Origin: Paracoccaceae bacterium
Lineage (GTDB): Bacteria; Pseudomonadota; Alphaproteobacteria; Rhodobacterales; Rhodobacteraceae
Reading direction: 5' to 3'
Assembly (NCBI GenBank): GCA_965200885.1
Contig: OZ241737.1
Span: forward strand, 782,214 to 846,213
DNA length: 64,000 nucleotides
The position numbers were made by a program, and so were the translations under genes. Shown here one piece after another: positions 62,352-64,000 of this stretch; position 1 is the first letter of the stretch, and each line of letters starts with the position of its first letter. Under the pieces are notes generated by a model. The model saw nothing but the letters and a program-made list of their open reading frames with translations. It did no database searches and was not told where the DNA came from.

Positions 62352-63902
62352 ATGCCTAGCAGGAGAAGGGGAAGAAGCGGCGGAAGGGCGGCAAACATTC
62401 ATCTTCGCAGTACAAGGCTATTTGATCAGATGCCTTGGCGAATTCCCCATAACCCCGATAAACCCACCGAACCTCTGGATGAGGAGGGAATTCTATGTAT
62501 CCATGAAACTGCGCTCCAGATAATGGAAAATATCGGGATCGAGTTTTTGAATGAAGAAGCCAGGATCATTTTTAAAGAGGCAGGATGTGGTGTTGAGGGA
62601 ACGAATGTAAGACTGGGACGGGACTTTGTCATGGAAATGATAAAGCACTGTCCCGAAGAGTTCACCATTACACCCCGGAATCCTGATCGTGAATTGATCG
62701 TAGGCGGCAAGAACATGCTATTTGGCTGTGTTTCCTCTCCACCAAACACCTGGGATTTGGAAAATGGCAAGCAGGTGGGAAATCAGGAATATTTTCGCAA
62801 TTTTCTCAAGTTGGCCCAATATTTCAACTGCATTCATTTTGTTTGTGGATATCCGGTTGAACCGGTGGATATACACCCCTCGATAAGACATCTCGATTGT
62901 TTGTACGATAAACTCACAATGACGGATAAGGTAGCACATGCCTATTCATTGGGGCGTGAAAGGGTTGAGGATGTCATGGAAATGGTCAGGATTGCCAGCG
63001 GACTGACCCATGAGGAGTTTGATGAAAAACCCAGAATGTTTACCAACATCAATTCAACCTCTCCTCTCAAGCATGACTGGCCGATGATTGATGGATCCAT
63101 GCGGTTGGCCAGAAGAGGGCAACCGGTGATTGTTTCCCCCTTCACCTTGGCAGGGGCAATGGCACCTGTGAGCATGGCTGGTGCCGTGGCATTATCCATG
63201 GCCGAAGGATTGGCAGCGATTGCCCTATTGGAATACATCAATCCCGGAACACCGATTGTTTTTGGTACCTTTACCTCCAATGTTGATCTTCGTTCGGGCG
63301 CTCCAGCCTTCGGTACACCAGAGTATGTGCGGGCTACCCAGATGGCAGGTCAAATGTGTCGATTCTATGGATTGCCATTGCGGGCAAGTAATGCATGTGC
63401 AGCTAATGTTCCGGATGGTCAGGCCATGTGGGAAAGCATGAATTCCATGTGGTCGGCGGTCCAGTCCCAGGTGAATATGGTTTATCATTCTGCAGGATGG
63501 CTTGAAGGAGGTTTGATTTCCAGCCCAGAAAAGTTCATCATGGATTGTGAAACCCTTCAACAGTTCCAGCGCTACTTTGAGAAGACGGTTTATGGAACCG
63601 AAGAAAAGGATTTGGCTTTGGAAGCCATTTCCGAGGTTGGTTCCAGCGGGCATTTTTTTGGTGTACAACATACACAGGAAAGGTACACAACCGCGTTTTA
63701 TGAGCCATTCCTGAGCAATTGGCAAAATTATGAGGCTTTTGAACTTGGTGGTGGAGTGTGGACAACTGAAAGAGCCCATAAGCTGTATAAGCAAATCTTG
63801 GATGATTTTAAACCACCTGCCGTTGATCCAGCCATTGATGAAGAACTAGCCGAATTCGTCGAGAGAAGGAAGGCTGAGGGCGGGGCTGCAACCGATTTTT
63901 GA
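62352..63902 (+). CDS. MttB-superfamily (trimethylamine-type) methyltransferase, non-pyrrolysine
   Basis: 516 aa. Continuous ORF with no internal amber codon. The overall pattern matches MttB-family proteins. Confidence 0.7.
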   Translation: MPSRRRGRSGGRAANIHLRSTRLFDQMPWRIPHNPDKPTEPLDEEGILCIHETALQIMENIGIEFLNEEARIIFKEAGCGVEGTNVRLGRDFVMEMIKHCPEEFTITPRNPDRELIVGGKNMLFGCVSSPPNTWDLENGKQVGNQEYFRNFLKLAQYFNCIHFVCGYPVEPVDIHPSIRHLDCLYDKLTMTDKVAHAYSLGRERVEDVMEMVRIASGLTHEEFDEKPRMFTNINSTSPLKHDWPMIDGSMRLARRGQPVIVSPFTLAGAMAPVSMAGAVALSMAEGLAAIALLEYINPGTPIVFGTFTSNVDLRSGAPAFGTPEYVRATQMAGQMCRFYGLPLRASNACAANVPDGQAMWESMNSMWSAVQSQVNMVYHSAGWLEGGLISSPEKFIMDCETLQQFQRYFEKTVYGTEEKDLALEAISEVGSSGHFFGVQHTQERYTTAFYEPFLSNWQNYEAFELGGGVWTTERAHKLYKQILDDFKPPAVDPAIDEELAEFVERRKAEGGAATDF

Positions 63903-64000
63903 TTGATTATAAGGATACCCGTTACAATTTGTTGCGTGCTAGTTTGCAAGTAATATGCAGAGCAAAAAGAATAAGTCTCAATTTACTTAAGGAGCAGTTA

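Overview
The backbone looks alphaproteobacterial: RsmD, a PBP1A-type synthase, PncA/PncB, GyrB, IspB/IspE, ETF-QO, GreA, MoeA/MobB/MobA/FdhD, a full urease operon ureDABCEFG, and an MttB-family methyltransferase. Three regions look foreign. (1) About 13.4-28.2 kb is a visibly GC-rich, heavily decayed mosaic island. It carries ankyrin-repeat genes, a Uma2 nuclease, broken IS630 and IS5 copies, three serine-recombinase-derived pieces, higBA followed by a tightly coupled nuclease-like/HEPN-like pair, tandem CX5R phosphatase-like paralogs, and an ORC-like AAA+ ATPase. (2) 45.3-52.3 kb is an AT-rich minimal type II-C CRISPR-Cas cassette: 15 identical 36-bp repeats, cas2, cas1, cas9 and a divergent tracrRNA. 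It is bracketed by a ~97-bp imperfect direct duplication of the moeA 3' end and contains no integrase. (3) Six non-autonomous elements (181-1234 bp) share the terminal inverted-repeat core GGnnATTATATACTTG. Some have clean 8-bp target duplications. Their interiors differ, and each end carries an outward-facing TATAAT. Two sit back to back between cas9 and the tracrRNA. One sits just upstream of gyrB and carries its own promoter plus a secreted-protein gene broken at a 9-C tract. All calls come from reading the sequence and ORF translations by eye. No database search was run.
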